Below are positions 1 to 9,818 of a DNA stretch of 44,896 bases, piece after piece. Location of the stretch: positions 1 through 44,896 of the forward strand of contig CAYPOY010000002.1 of NCBI GenBank assembly GCA_964412395.1, written 5' to 3'. The translations under genes were made by a program, and so were the position numbers. The notes below the pieces were generated by a model, which saw nothing but the letters and a program-made list of their open reading frames with translations, had not been told where the DNA came from and did not search any database. Position 1 is the stretch's first letter. Every line of letters begins with the position of its first letter. Origin of the DNA: an uncultured Anaerolineales bacterium. GTDB taxonomy: Bacteria; Chloroflexota; Anaerolineae; B4-G1.

Positions 1-2
1 AC

Positions 3-65
3 GAACTGGCACCCCTGTTCGACGCCGTGGTCGCCTCGGTCACCTTCTTCGAGCCCACCGAATAG
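3..65 (+). CDS. 3' end of an upstream gene running in from the window edge (…ELAPLFDAVVASVTFFEPTE*)
   Basis: Open frame from position 3 to TAG at 63-65 with GC3-rich codons. A short AT-rich spacer and the RBS of the next gene follow. Confidence 0.6.
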   Translation, partial: ELAPLFDAVVASVTFFEPTE

Positions 66-112
66 GTAGTCAACTTGTTATTTTCAGTTTCAGTTTTCAA
101 GGGAGGTTAACT

Positions 113-3100
113 ATGAAACGGAATGATGTCCCAGTACGCATTCTCCTCATCTGCGCATTGTTGTCAGGCGCGATCCAGATCTGCGCTGCGCCGGCCGTTG
201 AAGCTGACGCACCGGCAATCTCCACAGGAAGACAGAGAATTGAGCAAGAGCCTATAGCAGGCGAAGAAAACGCCATCGTCGCGCCCGTGCCCGTGATCGC
301 GGCAGATACCGGCAATGCGCCGGGCAGCACCACAGGCGCGCGCGAGTTTACGCAGACCTTCCTCGCCAGCAAGGACACCCACGTCGACAGCGTCGCGCCT
401 TCGATCCCGCAAGCCCCTTCGACGAACGGACGCCAATTCACGCAAACGATCTACGGCGGCAGTGATTCGTTCGTGTGCGCGCGCTCGCCGGACACCAATT
501 ACGGCGACGAGAACTATCTCCGCGTGGGCAGGCTAATTTCACCGCCAGAGGACTGCGAAATCCTGCTACGTTTCGACCTCACATCATTACCCGACAATGC
601 CGACGTGCTTACAGCCACGCTAGAACTGTACGCGGACACCGTATCTGGCGGCGTGCATGCCCACGCAGCCTTGAGCGGATGGAAAGAATCGCTGGTCACC
701 TGGAACAACAAACCAGCAAGATCTACCGAATCCGCACCCGCGACGTATTCTGGCGTGGGCTGGCAGCAGTGGGACGTGGAATACTTTGTCCAAGAGTGGA
801 TCACGGGCACACTCCACAACTTTGGCTTCTTGATGGCGCAGGACTACACCGTTTTCGGGCAAACCGACTACCAATCGTTTGCCGCGGGCAATACCTACCC
901 GCCTCGACTGGTTGTCACCTACCAGACAGAAGGCTCGCCGATGATGCTGCCGGTGGAGAAAGACACCTGGATCAACGAAGCGCTGCCCTCCACCAACTAC
1001 GGCAGCGATGACCACCTGCGCACCCGCTGCGACGGCGTCGGCACCGGCACGCGAGCCTACATTCTGTTGTGGTTCGACACGTCCTACCTACCGTCGAACA
1101 TCACCGTCGTCAGCGCAACGCTCGAACTGTACTCAATGATCAATCGCGCGCAGGATGCGGGACTCAACAAGCCGTTATTCTACGAAGACATCTTCCCGGA
1201 CACCATCCGGTCGAGTTGGGAGGAGATGTCGGTCACCTGGAACAGCAAACCGGTGGCTTACGGGGACGATCCACCCTCCCCCTACGACACCGGATGGATG
1301 CAGTGGGACGTCACCAACAGCGCCCAGGGATGGATTTCGGGCACGTTCACCAACTATGGCGTCCAGTTGCGCATCTACAACGACGTCGATCCTGCGGTCG
1401 TCGAATTTAGGGCCCGTCCCGGCGAGTTCGCGCCGCGACTGACCATCCACTACGACCCCCTGCCCCCCGTCTGCGACCCGCTGACGTCCGTCAGAATCAA
1501 TGGGCCGACAGCGGGCAATACCAGCACGGACTACGTCTTCGACGCGCAGGTCACCCCATACGATGCCACCGCCCCGTTCATCTACACGTGGACGGCGACC
1601 GACCAAAGCCCGGTCACCGTCGTCACCAGCGACACGACGCACAGCGTCCAGTTCAACTGGGCTTCGACAGGCACCAAAACGGTCAACGTCACCGTTGAGA
1701 ACTGCGGTGGGACTGCGAATGACACGCACCAAGTATCCATCGAACCGCCATCGCCCACGTGCCCGGTGCCGCTGACCGAACTCACGTTTTACGGGCCAAC
1801 GCAGGGCATAATTGGCGATGGATACACATTTAGGGCGACGACCGCCCCCAAGACGGCCACGCCCCCTGTCACCTTCACCTGGCAAGCCGACGGGCAAAGC
1901 CCGGTGACGGTATCGGGCACGGCGCTCCAGTCGTCGCAGGTCTACACCTGGAGCACGCTGGGCCCCAAGGCGATCACGGTAACCGCCGGAAACTGCGGCA
2001 GCGCCTTCGTCCAGTACCACACAATGGACATCGTGGAGCCAGAGGAGCTACCTGACCTTGACGTCACAACCGCGTGGTACGACTCAGAGGATCAGCGCAT
2101 CGGCTTCCTAATCAAGAACACCGGCGGGAGCATCGCGCCTGCAGGCCACTACGCTACCCTCGATCAGGGCGCAAGCGTGCTCAACGAGAATCTGTGGTTC
2201 CCACACGATCTGCAACCGGGCGCCATCCGCGAAGCCTTCTTCGACGTTGCGCGGACGTGCGCCAGCGATTCCGAGCCTATCAGGATTTGTGCCGATACCA
2301 CGGACCGCGTCGTCGAAGGGGACGAGACCAACAACTGCTGGCAACTCACCTGGCCCTGCGATATGGACCCACCGGCCATCATTTCCGGCCCGACGGTCGT
2401 GACAACCACCGAGAACACGGCCACCATCGCCTGGGAAACCAACGAACCGTGCAGTAGCGAGGTACTTTACGACAAAAGCAGCGTCTACTACAGAGATTCC
2501 AAAGTCACCAGTAGCTTCACGACCGATCACGAAGTCGTCCTCACGCATCTGGATGGCGAGAGTCTGTACCACTTTTACGTCCTCGTCACCGATATGTCCG
2601 GCACATCGGTCAACAGCGACGAAGCGTTCTTCGAGACGCAGGCGGCGGGCTTCGATCCGCCCATCATCACGCACCTGGACACGGTGATGTTCACGCACGA
2701 CTTCTACGATCTCTACGTCATCCAGACTTCGGTGGACGATATCGTTGGGTTGGACCGGATCGAGTTCTACTACAACGGCACGTTGATCAAAACCGAGTAC
2801 TTTTATCCGGGCCACGCGCTCAATGCCTACGCGATCTTTTCACCCTACGACCTGGGTTACACGCGCAGCTCGTTCTTCTCATCCGGGCACATGGCTACCG
2901 TGAAGGCTATCAACACAAACGGCGCGACGACGGAACAGAGCAAGCTGCACGCCCCTTCGACTACACCGAAATACGTTGACGTGTATATAATCACGCCACC
3001 GCAAAACCACACCCTCTACGTGGATGGCGACCCCACCCCCGCCGGCACCACCATCGACGTGATGGTGGAGGCCGCGCAGTTCGAGTGGGGATGCACCTGG

Positions 3101-6100
3101 TCCGGGTACGCGGGAGGGCTGTCCCCCGAAGTCGCGCCGGTCTTCTGCGCCGATGTGGACCAGGCAGCGGACGAGATCGAGCTGCTGCTGGACGGCGTGG
3201 TGGTTGACAGCTACACCCCCGCTTGCGGCGAGTTCGACCACACCTTCACCCTGGACCTTGCGGGCGAGGACCTCGGCACGCACACCGTTGAGGTGGTGGC
3301 CCACGCCAACGACGGGACCACCAACAGCCAACAGCGCACCATCACCATAGCGCAGGGCACGCCAAGCCTCAGTCTGCAAAGGATGGTCTCGCGCGTCGAT
3401 AACTACTTCGAGGTCGTGCTGACGCTCGAGAATCACGCCAACGCGACGTGGAACGCGGATATCGACAGACTCTTCGACAATACGCAGGGGTTCCAGGCCA
3501 TCGCAAAGGGGACGCAACAACCCGGCCTGCTAGCACCCACTGCCGAATGTCAGTATTACACCGTCGATCCCTTCTCCCATAACGGAAGTAGCTTCGTCGA
3601 CTTTGGTAGTGGGATCACCCTGGCACCGGGGGAATCCTGTACCGTTTCTTATTCCGTCGTGCCGGTGTTGCGCGAATATCCAATAGACTACGACATCGGC
3701 GGTACAGGCACCCTCGTCCACTATAACGGCGTTGGAGAAACACTCTTTGCCGCCAGTGGCAACTTGAATAGCGAAGTCGCGGCTGCGTTCAAACAATCGG
3801 ACTACCTCATCGTAACCAACCCCGGGCGACTGGTGGGGCACTATTCTGGCGCCGATGCACTGCTCTCGGAGATGGCGAAACTCGCGAAAATCAAACGCGG
3901 GGCATTGGGGTATCTCGATTCCTACAACGACAAGCAAGTCCTCGACAACCTGGTCGAACCGAGTGGCTACTGGACCACGTCGATGTATGACGACTTCAAG
4001 TCGATCAGAAAGGGCTATATGCTCATCGTCGGGGAAACGGAGATCGTCGGCGCGTGGAACTACACCGGTCTCGACACAGACTGGGAGGATAGCAACGTTG
4101 ACTACGTCTATCACAGTGACCACGATTACGCCAACACCAAAGGCGACGGCGCGCCCGATCTGATCGTCGGTCGCATCATCGGCAACAATCCCGACGAGTT
4201 GCTTAACGCCATCCGCACCAGTATCAACATGACGGTTGGCGCGTGGGAAATGGACCGCTCGCACGCGCTGCTGGTCAGCGGGCGCGGAAAGAGCGTCAAT
4301 AAATTCCGTAGCAACGTCAACAGCCTGGAAGACGATCTACTCAACGACGGAATGGACGTGACCAAACTGCACTGGCGCGACTATCGCTTCCTCTCATCCT
4401 TCGCGCTGGCCTTCCGAGAGTACGACGGATTCGCCGCCGGAGACGTCATCGCCGGGGGGAAAGCCGAGATGGTCGTCGCCAAGCGCACGGGAGATCACTT
4501 TTACGTCCTCGACGCTTATGGCACCGTCGTCAGCACCTTCGACCGCACCTTCGACGAAGGCGACGTCCTCGCCGTAGGCGACGTGGGTTGGGATGACGCA
4601 GCCGAAATCATCATCGGCGACTTTAGCGACGGCAACATCTACATCTACGATTTCGACGGCGGTGCCGCGCTGGGCAACTTTGCTTGCGGCTTCAGTGCAT
4701 TTGACGGACTGACGACGGGCTACGTCAAACACACGGGCAAGGATCAGATCATCTTCGCCGACGCTTCTGCGAACCACATCACCGTCTACAGCCAATATGG
4801 CACATCCCTGCTGGATTTCCCCGCGACCTTCGACACACACAATGGCCTGGCAGCGGGCAACGTGATGACGGGCACCGGCGAGACCACCCGCGATGAAATC
4901 CTGGTCGGCCACGATGACACGATCTACATCTACGACGATGCCGATGGCAGTCTGCTCACCTCCTTCTCCGTCGATCACAACTTTGTAGCCGGGGATCGCC
5001 TGGCTTCCGGCGACGTCCGCGCCACCCCGTCCGGCGCGCCTGTACCCTACCCGCCGGACGAGATCGTCATCGGCGACCGGGACGACAGAGTCTACATCTA
5101 CAACTGGAAAGGCGTCAGGCTGAACGACATCCACGTTGGCGACTTTGAATACTACGACGGTCTGGCCGTCGCGGACGTGACCGGCGACGGCGAAGAAGAG
5201 GTCCTAATGGCCGACCTGGACGACTATATCCACATCATTGATGCCTATTACCCGCGTTCAGCAACGGAAGCATTCAAAGCAAACACATCCGGTCAGGACA
5301 TGATCTACTTCAGCGGACACGGGGGCACAAGTTCGTGGAGTCCAGCCCTGAGCACTGGGGATTTCCCGCTCAACTTCAACAACACCAAACCCTTCGTCTT
5401 CGCGCCTTCCTGTCACACGGGCAACTATGAAGGCAACAACGACAACAGCCTTGCCGAAGCCTTCCTCAACAACGACGCTGCCGTCTACATCGGGGCGACC
5501 GAAATTTCCTCGATCAAGAAGAACGTCGCGATGGGCATCAAGTTCTTCGACCACTGGAACACGAACGAATCCATCGGCTCGACGTTGACGCAAATCGAAC
5601 GCCAGGTCTGGGACAACAACGACTGGTACACCGATATGTGGGAGATGTGGGTCTACGAATACAACCTCTACGGCGATCCCAAGATCGGCACGGATGGCAC
5701 GGTGCTGCCGACATCCAGCCAGTCGCAGACTATGGCACCTGACGCACCCGTCGCGACGCGCGACTTCCACGTCCCGATGTACGAGGTGACCGTCATCGAC
5801 GGAAACGACCACGTAGAGATCCCCGGCGGATCGAACATCATCGCCCAGGGCCACTACGCCGTGCCCTACTGGACCGCGTCCATCAACTACCGGCCCGGCA
5901 CCGTCGTCCAGGACGTCGTCCTGGTGAGTCGCTCCGGACTGACGGTGACCACCGGCCTGAGCATGCCGCTCACGACCATCGACCACGAGTGCGCCGCGTG
6001 TGTGACTAGCAGCGCAGCGGCATCCGCCGTGGCGGAAGATGCCTGGTTCCCGGAGCTCGAAGCCACCCACCACTGGTCGGTGACCGAGGGGGAGAATGGC

Positions 6101-6883
6101 AGCGTCTTCCTGACCATTGCGATGTACCCCTTCTTCTACAACCCCGCCACCACCGACGTGCGCTTCTACCAGGACTTCACCTTCGACATTGAGACGATCT
6201 CCACCGCCGTGAGCCTGCAATCGGTCGACACCGACCAGACCACCTACGTACCGGGCGATAGTGTGTCGGTGACGCTGGTCATCAGCAACGCGGGGATCGC
6301 GCAGGATGTCATCGTCGAAGCGACCATCAAGGCGCATCCCAACACGACCGTCGCCGGGCTGCCGCTGCGCAACCTCCATGACCTCAGCGGCTTGGCCGTG
6401 GCGACCTTCGAATGGGACTCCACCGGCGTCCCGGATGGCGACTACTTCGTCGAGATCAAGCTGCGCAACGCCGGTGGCGACGTCCTCGACCTGGAAATGC
6501 AGGAGTTCACGCTGGGCATCACCGGCGGCGAGGTCACGGCGCTCACCGCCACACCGGCAGCGTTCACTATCGGCGACGCCATCGCCATCACCATGACGTT
6601 CGAGAACACCGGCACCGTGCCCATCACCGGCACCGCCGTCATCCAGGTGCGCCCGGCGGACGCGGTCACCGTCACCGCCGAGTTCACGCACACAATCGCC
6701 AACCTGGCTCCCGGTGCATCCGTCGTCTTCAACGACGCCTGGGATACCACTGGCGCAACGGAAGACGCCTACCGCATCCTGGGTTACGTCAAGTTCAACA
6801 GCATGGCCTCCGCGCCGAAGGAAGTGATGGTCGCGGTGCAGACGCAGGTCGAGGTCTATCTGCCGCTGGTGCTGCGGGAGTAG
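113..6883 (+). CDS. Giant secreted multidomain C25 (gingipain-like) cysteine peptidase: signal peptide, 2x DNRLRE-like, 2x PKD, CARDB, FN3/Ig-like, C25 catalytic domain split by FG-GAP-like repeats, propeptide_C25-like, Ig/CARDB, C-terminal YLPLVLRE
   Basis: RBS GGAGG at ~102-106 and an N-terminal hydrophobic signal. DNRLRE-like repeats: 'PDTNYG…LLRFDL…SATLELY…VTWN…PRL'. C25 hallmarks: DYLIVT, YMLIVGE, SDHDYA…PDLIVGRI, FSGHG (His 5318-5320), PSCHTG (Cys 5411-5413), YIGAT and YNLYGDP. Repeated 'LAxGDV…DEIxxGD…IYIYD' units lie between GRI and GHG. Confidence 0.85.
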   Translation: MKRNDVPVRILLICALLSGAIQICAAPAVEADAPAISTGRQRIEQEPIAGEENAIVAPVPVIAADTGNAPGSTTGAREFTQTFLASKDTHVDSVAPSIPQAPSTNGRQFTQTIYGGSDSFVCARSPDTNYGDENYLRVGRLISPPEDCEILLRFDLTSLPDNADVLTATLELYADTVSGGVHAHAALSGWKESLVTWNNKPARSTESAPATYSGVGWQQWDVEYFVQEWITGTLHNFGFLMAQDYTVFGQTDYQSFAAGNTYPPRLVVTYQTEGSPMMLPVEKDTWINEALPSTNYGSDDHLRTRCDGVGTGTRAYILLWFDTSYLPSNITVVSATLELYSMINRAQDAGLNKPLFYEDIFPDTIRSSWEEMSVTWNSKPVAYGDDPPSPYDTGWMQWDVTNSAQGWISGTFTNYGVQLRIYNDVDPAVVEFRARPGEFAPRLTIHYDPLPPVCDPLTSVRINGPTAGNTSTDYVFDAQVTPYDATAPFIYTWTATDQSPVTVVTSDTTHSVQFNWASTGTKTVNVTVENCGGTANDTHQVSIEPPSPTCPVPLTELTFYGPTQGIIGDGYTFRATTAPKTATPPVTFTWQADGQSPVTVSGTALQSSQVYTWSTLGPKAITVTAGNCGSAFVQYHTMDIVEPEELPDLDVTTAWYDSEDQRIGFLIKNTGGSIAPAGHYATLDQGASVLNENLWFPHDLQPGAIREAFFDVARTCASDSEPIRICADTTDRVVEGDETNNCWQLTWPCDMDPPAIISGPTVVTTTENTATIAWETNEPCSSEVLYDKSSVYYRDSKVTSSFTTDHEVVLTHLDGESLYHFYVLVTDMSGTSVNSDEAFFETQAAGFDPPIITHLDTVMFTHDFYDLYVIQTSVDDIVGLDRIEFYYNGTLIKTEYFYPGHALNAYAIFSPYDLGYTRSSFFSSGHMATVKAINTNGATTEQSKLHAPSTTPKYVDVYIITPPQNHTLYVDGDPTPAGTTIDVMVEAAQFEWGCTWSGYAGGLSPEVAPVFCADVDQAADEIELLLDGVVVDSYTPACGEFDHTFTLDLAGEDLGTHTVEVVAHANDGTTNSQQRTITIAQGTPSLSLQRMVSRVDNYFEVVLTLENHANATWNADIDRLFDNTQGFQAIAKGTQQPGLLAPTAECQYYTVDPFSHNGSSFVDFGSGITLAPGESCTVSYSVVPVLREYPIDYDIGGTGTLVHYNGVGETLFAASGNLNSEVAAAFKQSDYLIVTNPGRLVGHYSGADALLSEMAKLAKIKRGALGYLDSYNDKQVLDNLVEPSGYWTTSMYDDFKSIRKGYMLIVGETEIVGAWNYTGLDTDWEDSNVDYVYHSDHDYANTKGDGAPDLIVGRIIGNNPDELLNAIRTSINMTVGAWEMDRSHALLVSGRGKSVNKFRSNVNSLEDDLLNDGMDVTKLHWRDYRFLSSFALAFREYDGFAAGDVIAGGKAEMVVAKRTGDHFYVLDAYGTVVSTFDRTFDEGDVLAVGDVGWDDAAEIIIGDFSDGNIYIYDFDGGAALGNFACGFSAFDGLTTGYVKHTGKDQIIFADASANHITVYSQYGTSLLDFPATFDTHNGLAAGNVMTGTGETTRDEILVGHDDTIYIYDDADGSLLTSFSVDHNFVAGDRLASGDVRATPSGAPVPYPPDEIVIGDRDDRVYIYNWKGVRLNDIHVGDFEYYDGLAVADVTGDGEEEVLMADLDDYIHIIDAYYPRSATEAFKANTSGQDMIYFSGHGGTSSWSPALSTGDFPLNFNNTKPFVFAPSCHTGNYEGNNDNSLAEAFLNNDAAVYIGATEISSIKKNVAMGIKFFDHWNTNESIGSTLTQIERQVWDNNDWYTDMWEMWVYEYNLYGDPKIGTDGTVLPTSSQSQTMAPDAPVATRDFHVPMYEVTVIDGNDHVEIPGGSNIIAQGHYAVPYWTASINYRPGTVVQDVVLVSRSGLTVTTGLSMPLTTIDHECAACVTSSAAASAVAEDAWFPELEATHHWSVTEGENGSVFLTIAMYPFFYNPATTDVRFYQDFTFDIETISTAVSLQSVDTDQTTYVPGDSVSVTLVISNAGIAQDVIVEATIKAHPNTTVAGLPLRNLHDLSGLAVATFEWDSTGVPDGDYFVEIKLRNAGGDVLDLEMQEFTLGITGGEVTALTATPAAFTIGDAIAITMTFENTGTVPITGTAVIQVRPADAVTVTAEFTHTIANLAPGASVVFNDAWDTTGATEDAYRILGYVKFNSMASAPKEVMVAVQTQVEVYLPLVLRE

Positions 6884-6920
6884 AACGCGGATTGCAGGAC
6901 AGTAACGGACCTGGGGAAAA

Positions 6921-6982
6921 AGACTTCCAAAGTCTGCGACTGAGCAGTAAAATCAAGAGTGTCATCAAGACTTTGGAAGTCT
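6921..6982. repeat. REP-like inverted pair AGACTTCCAAAGTCT / AGACTTTGGAAGTCT (possible terminator or REP doublet)
   Basis: 6921-6935 is the exact reverse complement of 6968-6982, and each unit is itself an imperfect palindrome. The pair lies ~40 bp after the stop of the protease gene. Confidence 0.8.
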
Positions 6983-7063
6983 CCCCCCGCCGTTGAGCCG
7001 TACCGCACGCCGAAAAGCAGACTTACGTCCGCACTCCAAATGAGAGCGTTGGGCTCGTAAGAT

Positions 7064-7360
7064 ATAACTTCCCGTTATTGTTTCGCCTGGCCTGAATATG
7101 ACAACGAATAAAGAGGATTAACCAAATCAGTAGCCGCAAATCTTGGAGGCTGTTTAAAGAATCACAGTTAACCTTGCGAAGGTTGTGAATGGCCCTGAAA
7201 ATAGCGCAATTCCTGGCGAACGAAGATGCTTTTAGCCCGAAATCAGCCTCGAAACCTTCGCAAGGTTGCCCTTTCGCGAATTTTTAAACACGCTCTTACC
7301 AAACAGGGCACCATTCGTTTAATCCTCTTTATTCGATGTCATATTGAGGCAGGAAGTTAT
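7064..7360. mobile_element. Outer MITE-like non-autonomous element with long terminal inverted repeats
   Basis: 7095-7121 (AATATGACAACGAATAAAGAGGATTAA) matches the reverse complement of 7319-7345 at 26/27 nt. Terminal ATAACTTCC (7064-7072) pairs with GGAAGTTAT (7352-7360). The element is AT-rich with no credible CDS. Confidence 0.7.
7146..7295. mobile_element. Inner MITE-like element carrying an AACCTTGCGAAGGTT inverted pair
   Basis: TIRs GAGGCTGTTTAAA (7146-7158) and TTTAAACACGCTC (7283-7295) match at 11/13. Internal 15-mers 7170-7184 and 7253-7267 are exact reverse complements. Confidence 0.65.
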
Positions 7361-8133
7361 TCTTCTACAACAGCGACGCCGGCGGTTCCGCCGATGGCAT
7401 CCACAACTATGCAGCCGTGAGCTTCAAGAGCACGCTCGTGGCCCACAATGAGGATGCCAATTGCACCAACAACGGCGGCACACTGACCTCCGAGGGCTAC
7501 AATCTGGAATTCGGCGACACCTGCGTCTTTACCACCACCGGCGACATCACCGACACCAACCCCCTGCTCGGCCCGCTGGCGGACAACGGCGGCCCTTCGA
7601 CAGGCTCAGGGCAAGCAACCCTCACTCACGCGCTGCTGGAGAGCAGCCCGGCGGTTGACAACGGCGCAATTTCGGGCTATCCTATCACCGACCAGCGCGG
7701 CGTGCCCCGGCCCCAGGGCGGGCGCTGCGACATCGGCGCCCACGAGCACGGCGAGCCGGCGCTTGCTATTGGCAAGGTTGGCCCGGCCCGGGCCCCGGCG
7801 GGCAACACGATCACCTACACGCTGGCGGTGACCAACACCGGCTACGAACTGGCCGAAAGCCTGGTCATCAGCGATGTGTTGCCGGAGGGGGCGCAATACG
7901 TCGGCGGCGGGACGCTGGTGGGGAACGTGGTCAGTCGGACGCTCCCCAGTCTGGCCTGGTGGGGCAATGCAGCGGTCAGCGTGCAGCTCGCTGTCACCGC
8001 GACGGGGACAATCACCAACGACGACTACCACGTCAGCGCCAGCGGCGGTTACAATGCGACCGGCAGCGTGTCCGTGGTCACCACCGTCTACGAGGCTCAC
8101 GAGATCTACCTGCCGCTTGTCCTGAAGAACTGA
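7360..8133 (+). pseudogene. 5'-truncated secreted protein: C-terminal choice-of-anchor-Q-like segment + DUF11-like Ig domain + YLPLVLKN
   Basis: Choice-of-anchor-Q-like 'GYNLE…DTNPLLGPLADNGGP…THALLESSPAVDNG…DQRGVPRPQGGRCDIGAHE' and DUF11-like 'LAIGKVGP…ITYTLAVTNTG…ISDVLP'. The frame continues upstream of the GTG at 7417 (FFYNSDAGGSADGIHNY) to the MITE end, with no signal peptide or RBS. Confidence 0.75.
7593..7616 (+). repeat. CCCTTCGACAGGCTCAGGGCAAGC REP-like unit inserted in frame (encodes PSTGSGQA)
   Basis: Interrupts the usual DNGGPT(L)THAL motif. A related unit lies in inverted orientation at 12809-12833. Confidence 0.75.
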
Positions 8134-8297
8134 AGGGCCAGGCTACCTTGCGGTACAAAACGCTCCAAGCCCCCATCTCGGGGGCGTCCCATGCGACGAG
8201 CGGGTGCCTTTTACGCTGTATTCTTGCCCGCGACGCCCCCGGGGACGGGGGCTGGGAGCACTGGAAAACTGTTTTGCACCGCGAACCAGGCTACCTT

Positions 8298-9779
8298 TTA
8301 TGCCGGCGCTGCCTTCACATAGATCGGGTTGCCCAGCGCCTTCGCCATCAGCGCGGCAGGCTCCTCGTCCAACGGGGCCTCTGGCGGCTCGATGACCTCC
8401 GCCCGCCAGTAGGTGTCACCGGTCACGACGACCTGGCACTCGTAGGCGAAGTCATCGCTGACGATGGGCGCCTCGTGGATTTCCTGCGCGGAGACGAGTC
8501 GCAGCAGGTTCCCCGCCCCGCCCTGTACCCGGCAGTGCAGGCGCAGGCTGGCACCGGGGGGCAGGCACAACTCATCGCCCATCGCGGCCCGCTGCCCACC
8601 GTGGATTCCCTCTGCGGTCAGTTCAAGTCGGGGCCCGGCCGGCCCCTCGGAGATAAAGACGTGCCCGGCGCGGAGGCCAGCGATGATGGCCTCCACTGAG
8701 AGCACATTGGCGTAGACCCAGGTACACGGCGTGCCGATCTCATACCAGCCCAGTTCACCCGTGAATGGCCCCTGGTGCTTGTCGGAGCCGCCCACAGCAG
8801 TGACCCGTTTCCCCTGGCGCAACTGCGCATCCCACACTGCCAACGACTGGTAGTTGGAGACAATCCACGGCGACCCCCAAACTTCGATGCAGTCGGGCTC
8901 GAACAGGTCACCGAATTCCCAGGGCGGGCCTCCCTCCTTGGGATGGTTGACCGAAAAGAGTGCGCCTCGCGCCCGCACCGCTTCCCGCACCCGCGCCATC
9001 TGATTGTCGGTCCAGCAGCGGAACTCGACGAAGCCGTCGGCCGGCCAGTCAACCGGCCAGACATTGGCGTGGCCGTGATAGGTGGTGACCTCGACGCCAG
9101 GGATAAGGAGCAGGTCGGGGGCAGCGTGTCCCGGCAGCAGCCCTTCGGCCTGGCTCAGGACAAGCGGCAGGTGGCTGATCGTGTTGTGCTCGGTGACGGA
9201 GGCGAAGTCGAGCCCCTGGGCGCGGGCTGCTGCCACCAGGTCCGCAAGCGGCGCGGAACCGTCGGAGTGCCAGGTGTGGGCATGCAAGTCACCCCGGTAC
9301 CAACGCGGGCCAGTCCCCGCATACTCCACTCCTGTGCCCCCCTGTTTCCTGCTTCCTGCCTCCTCCTTCCTGCCCCCTGCCTCCCGCCCCTCCAGCGTCA
9401 CAACGACCCGGTAATCGCAGCCCTCAGGAGCGAGTTGATAGAGACCCAGCACGACGTGCCAGGTGCCGGGTTGCACCAGGCCGGCGAGGTAGCCAGGCGT
9501 CGCCTCACCGGCGGCAATGGTGAATTCCTGCCGCGCTGTGCCGCTCCAGCCCCGGAACCCTTTCGCGGTCAGGAACTCGGCCCCACGGGGGTCGAAGAGA
9601 CCGATGTCCACGATGTTGCCCTCCTGCCAGCCCACCTTGTCTCCGCTGAGTTGGCGGCTGACCTGGTAGCGCACACAGAGCCGTGCGACCCCTGGCGGTA
9701 CCTCGAAAGACAGCAGCGGGAACTCGTCCACCGCCTTGTCCACGGCGTCGAAATGGCCTTCTAGCACGATGTCTGTCAT
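8298..9779 (-). CDS. PHP-domain metallohydrolase (CehA/McbA-like family)
   Basis: Motifs 'WYRGDLHAHTWHSDG', 'VTEHN', 'GVEVTTYHGHAN', 'NHP' and 'GGSDKH'. ATG at 9779 preceded by an RBS (GAAGGGAG) is preferred over the 9797 start. Confidence 0.9.
   Translation of the reverse strand: MTDIVLEGHFDAVDKAVDEFPLLSFEVPPGVARLCVRYQVSRQLSGDKVGWQEGNIVDIGLFDPRGAEFLTAKGFRGWSGTARQEFTIAAGEATPGYLAGLVQPGTWHVVLGLYQLAPEGCDYRVVVTLEGREAGGRKEEAGSRKQGGTGVEYAGTGPRWYRGDLHAHTWHSDGSAPLADLVAAARAQGLDFASVTEHNTISHLPLVLSQAEGLLPGHAAPDLLLIPGVEVTTYHGHANVWPVDWPADGFVEFRCWTDNQMARVREAVRARGALFSVNHPKEGGPPWEFGDLFEPDCIEVWGSPWIVSNYQSLAVWDAQLRQGKRVTAVGGSDKHQGPFTGELGWYEIGTPCTWVYANVLSVEAIIAGLRAGHVFISEGPAGPRLELTAEGIHGGQRAAMGDELCLPPGASLRLHCRVQGGAGNLLRLVSAQEIHEAPIVSDDFAYECQVVVTGDTYWRAEVIEPPEAPLDEEPAALMAKALGNPIYVKAAPA
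9341..9389. repeat. Seven degenerate heptamer repeats (CCTGCYT-like) in the coding linker (GREAGGRKEEAGSRKQG)
   Basis: Units cctgttt, cctgctt, cctgcct, cctcctt, cctgccc, cctgcct, cccgccc. Confidence 0.75.
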
Positions 9780-9818
9780 TAGCAACTCCCTTCTCACAGT
9801 CGTCGCTTAGCGACTGGC

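Noticed and set aside
5258-6691. Long antisense or alternate-frame ORFs (for example 5258-6691 -, 17354-18988 +, 8775-9764 +, 21091-21978 +)
   Set aside because: They are shadows of GC3-rich genes on the opposite strand, with no motifs or RBS.
6900-7360. Possible CRISPR array or ncRNA in the repeat-rich intergenic region
   Set aside because: The repeats are inverted pairs, not direct repeats with regular unique spacers, and there are no cas genes. A MITE/REP explanation fits better.
8235-8252. GC hairpin GCCCCCG-GGGA-CGGGGGC between convergent genes as a terminator
   Set aside because: There is no adjacent U-tract on either strand. Plausible but unsupported.
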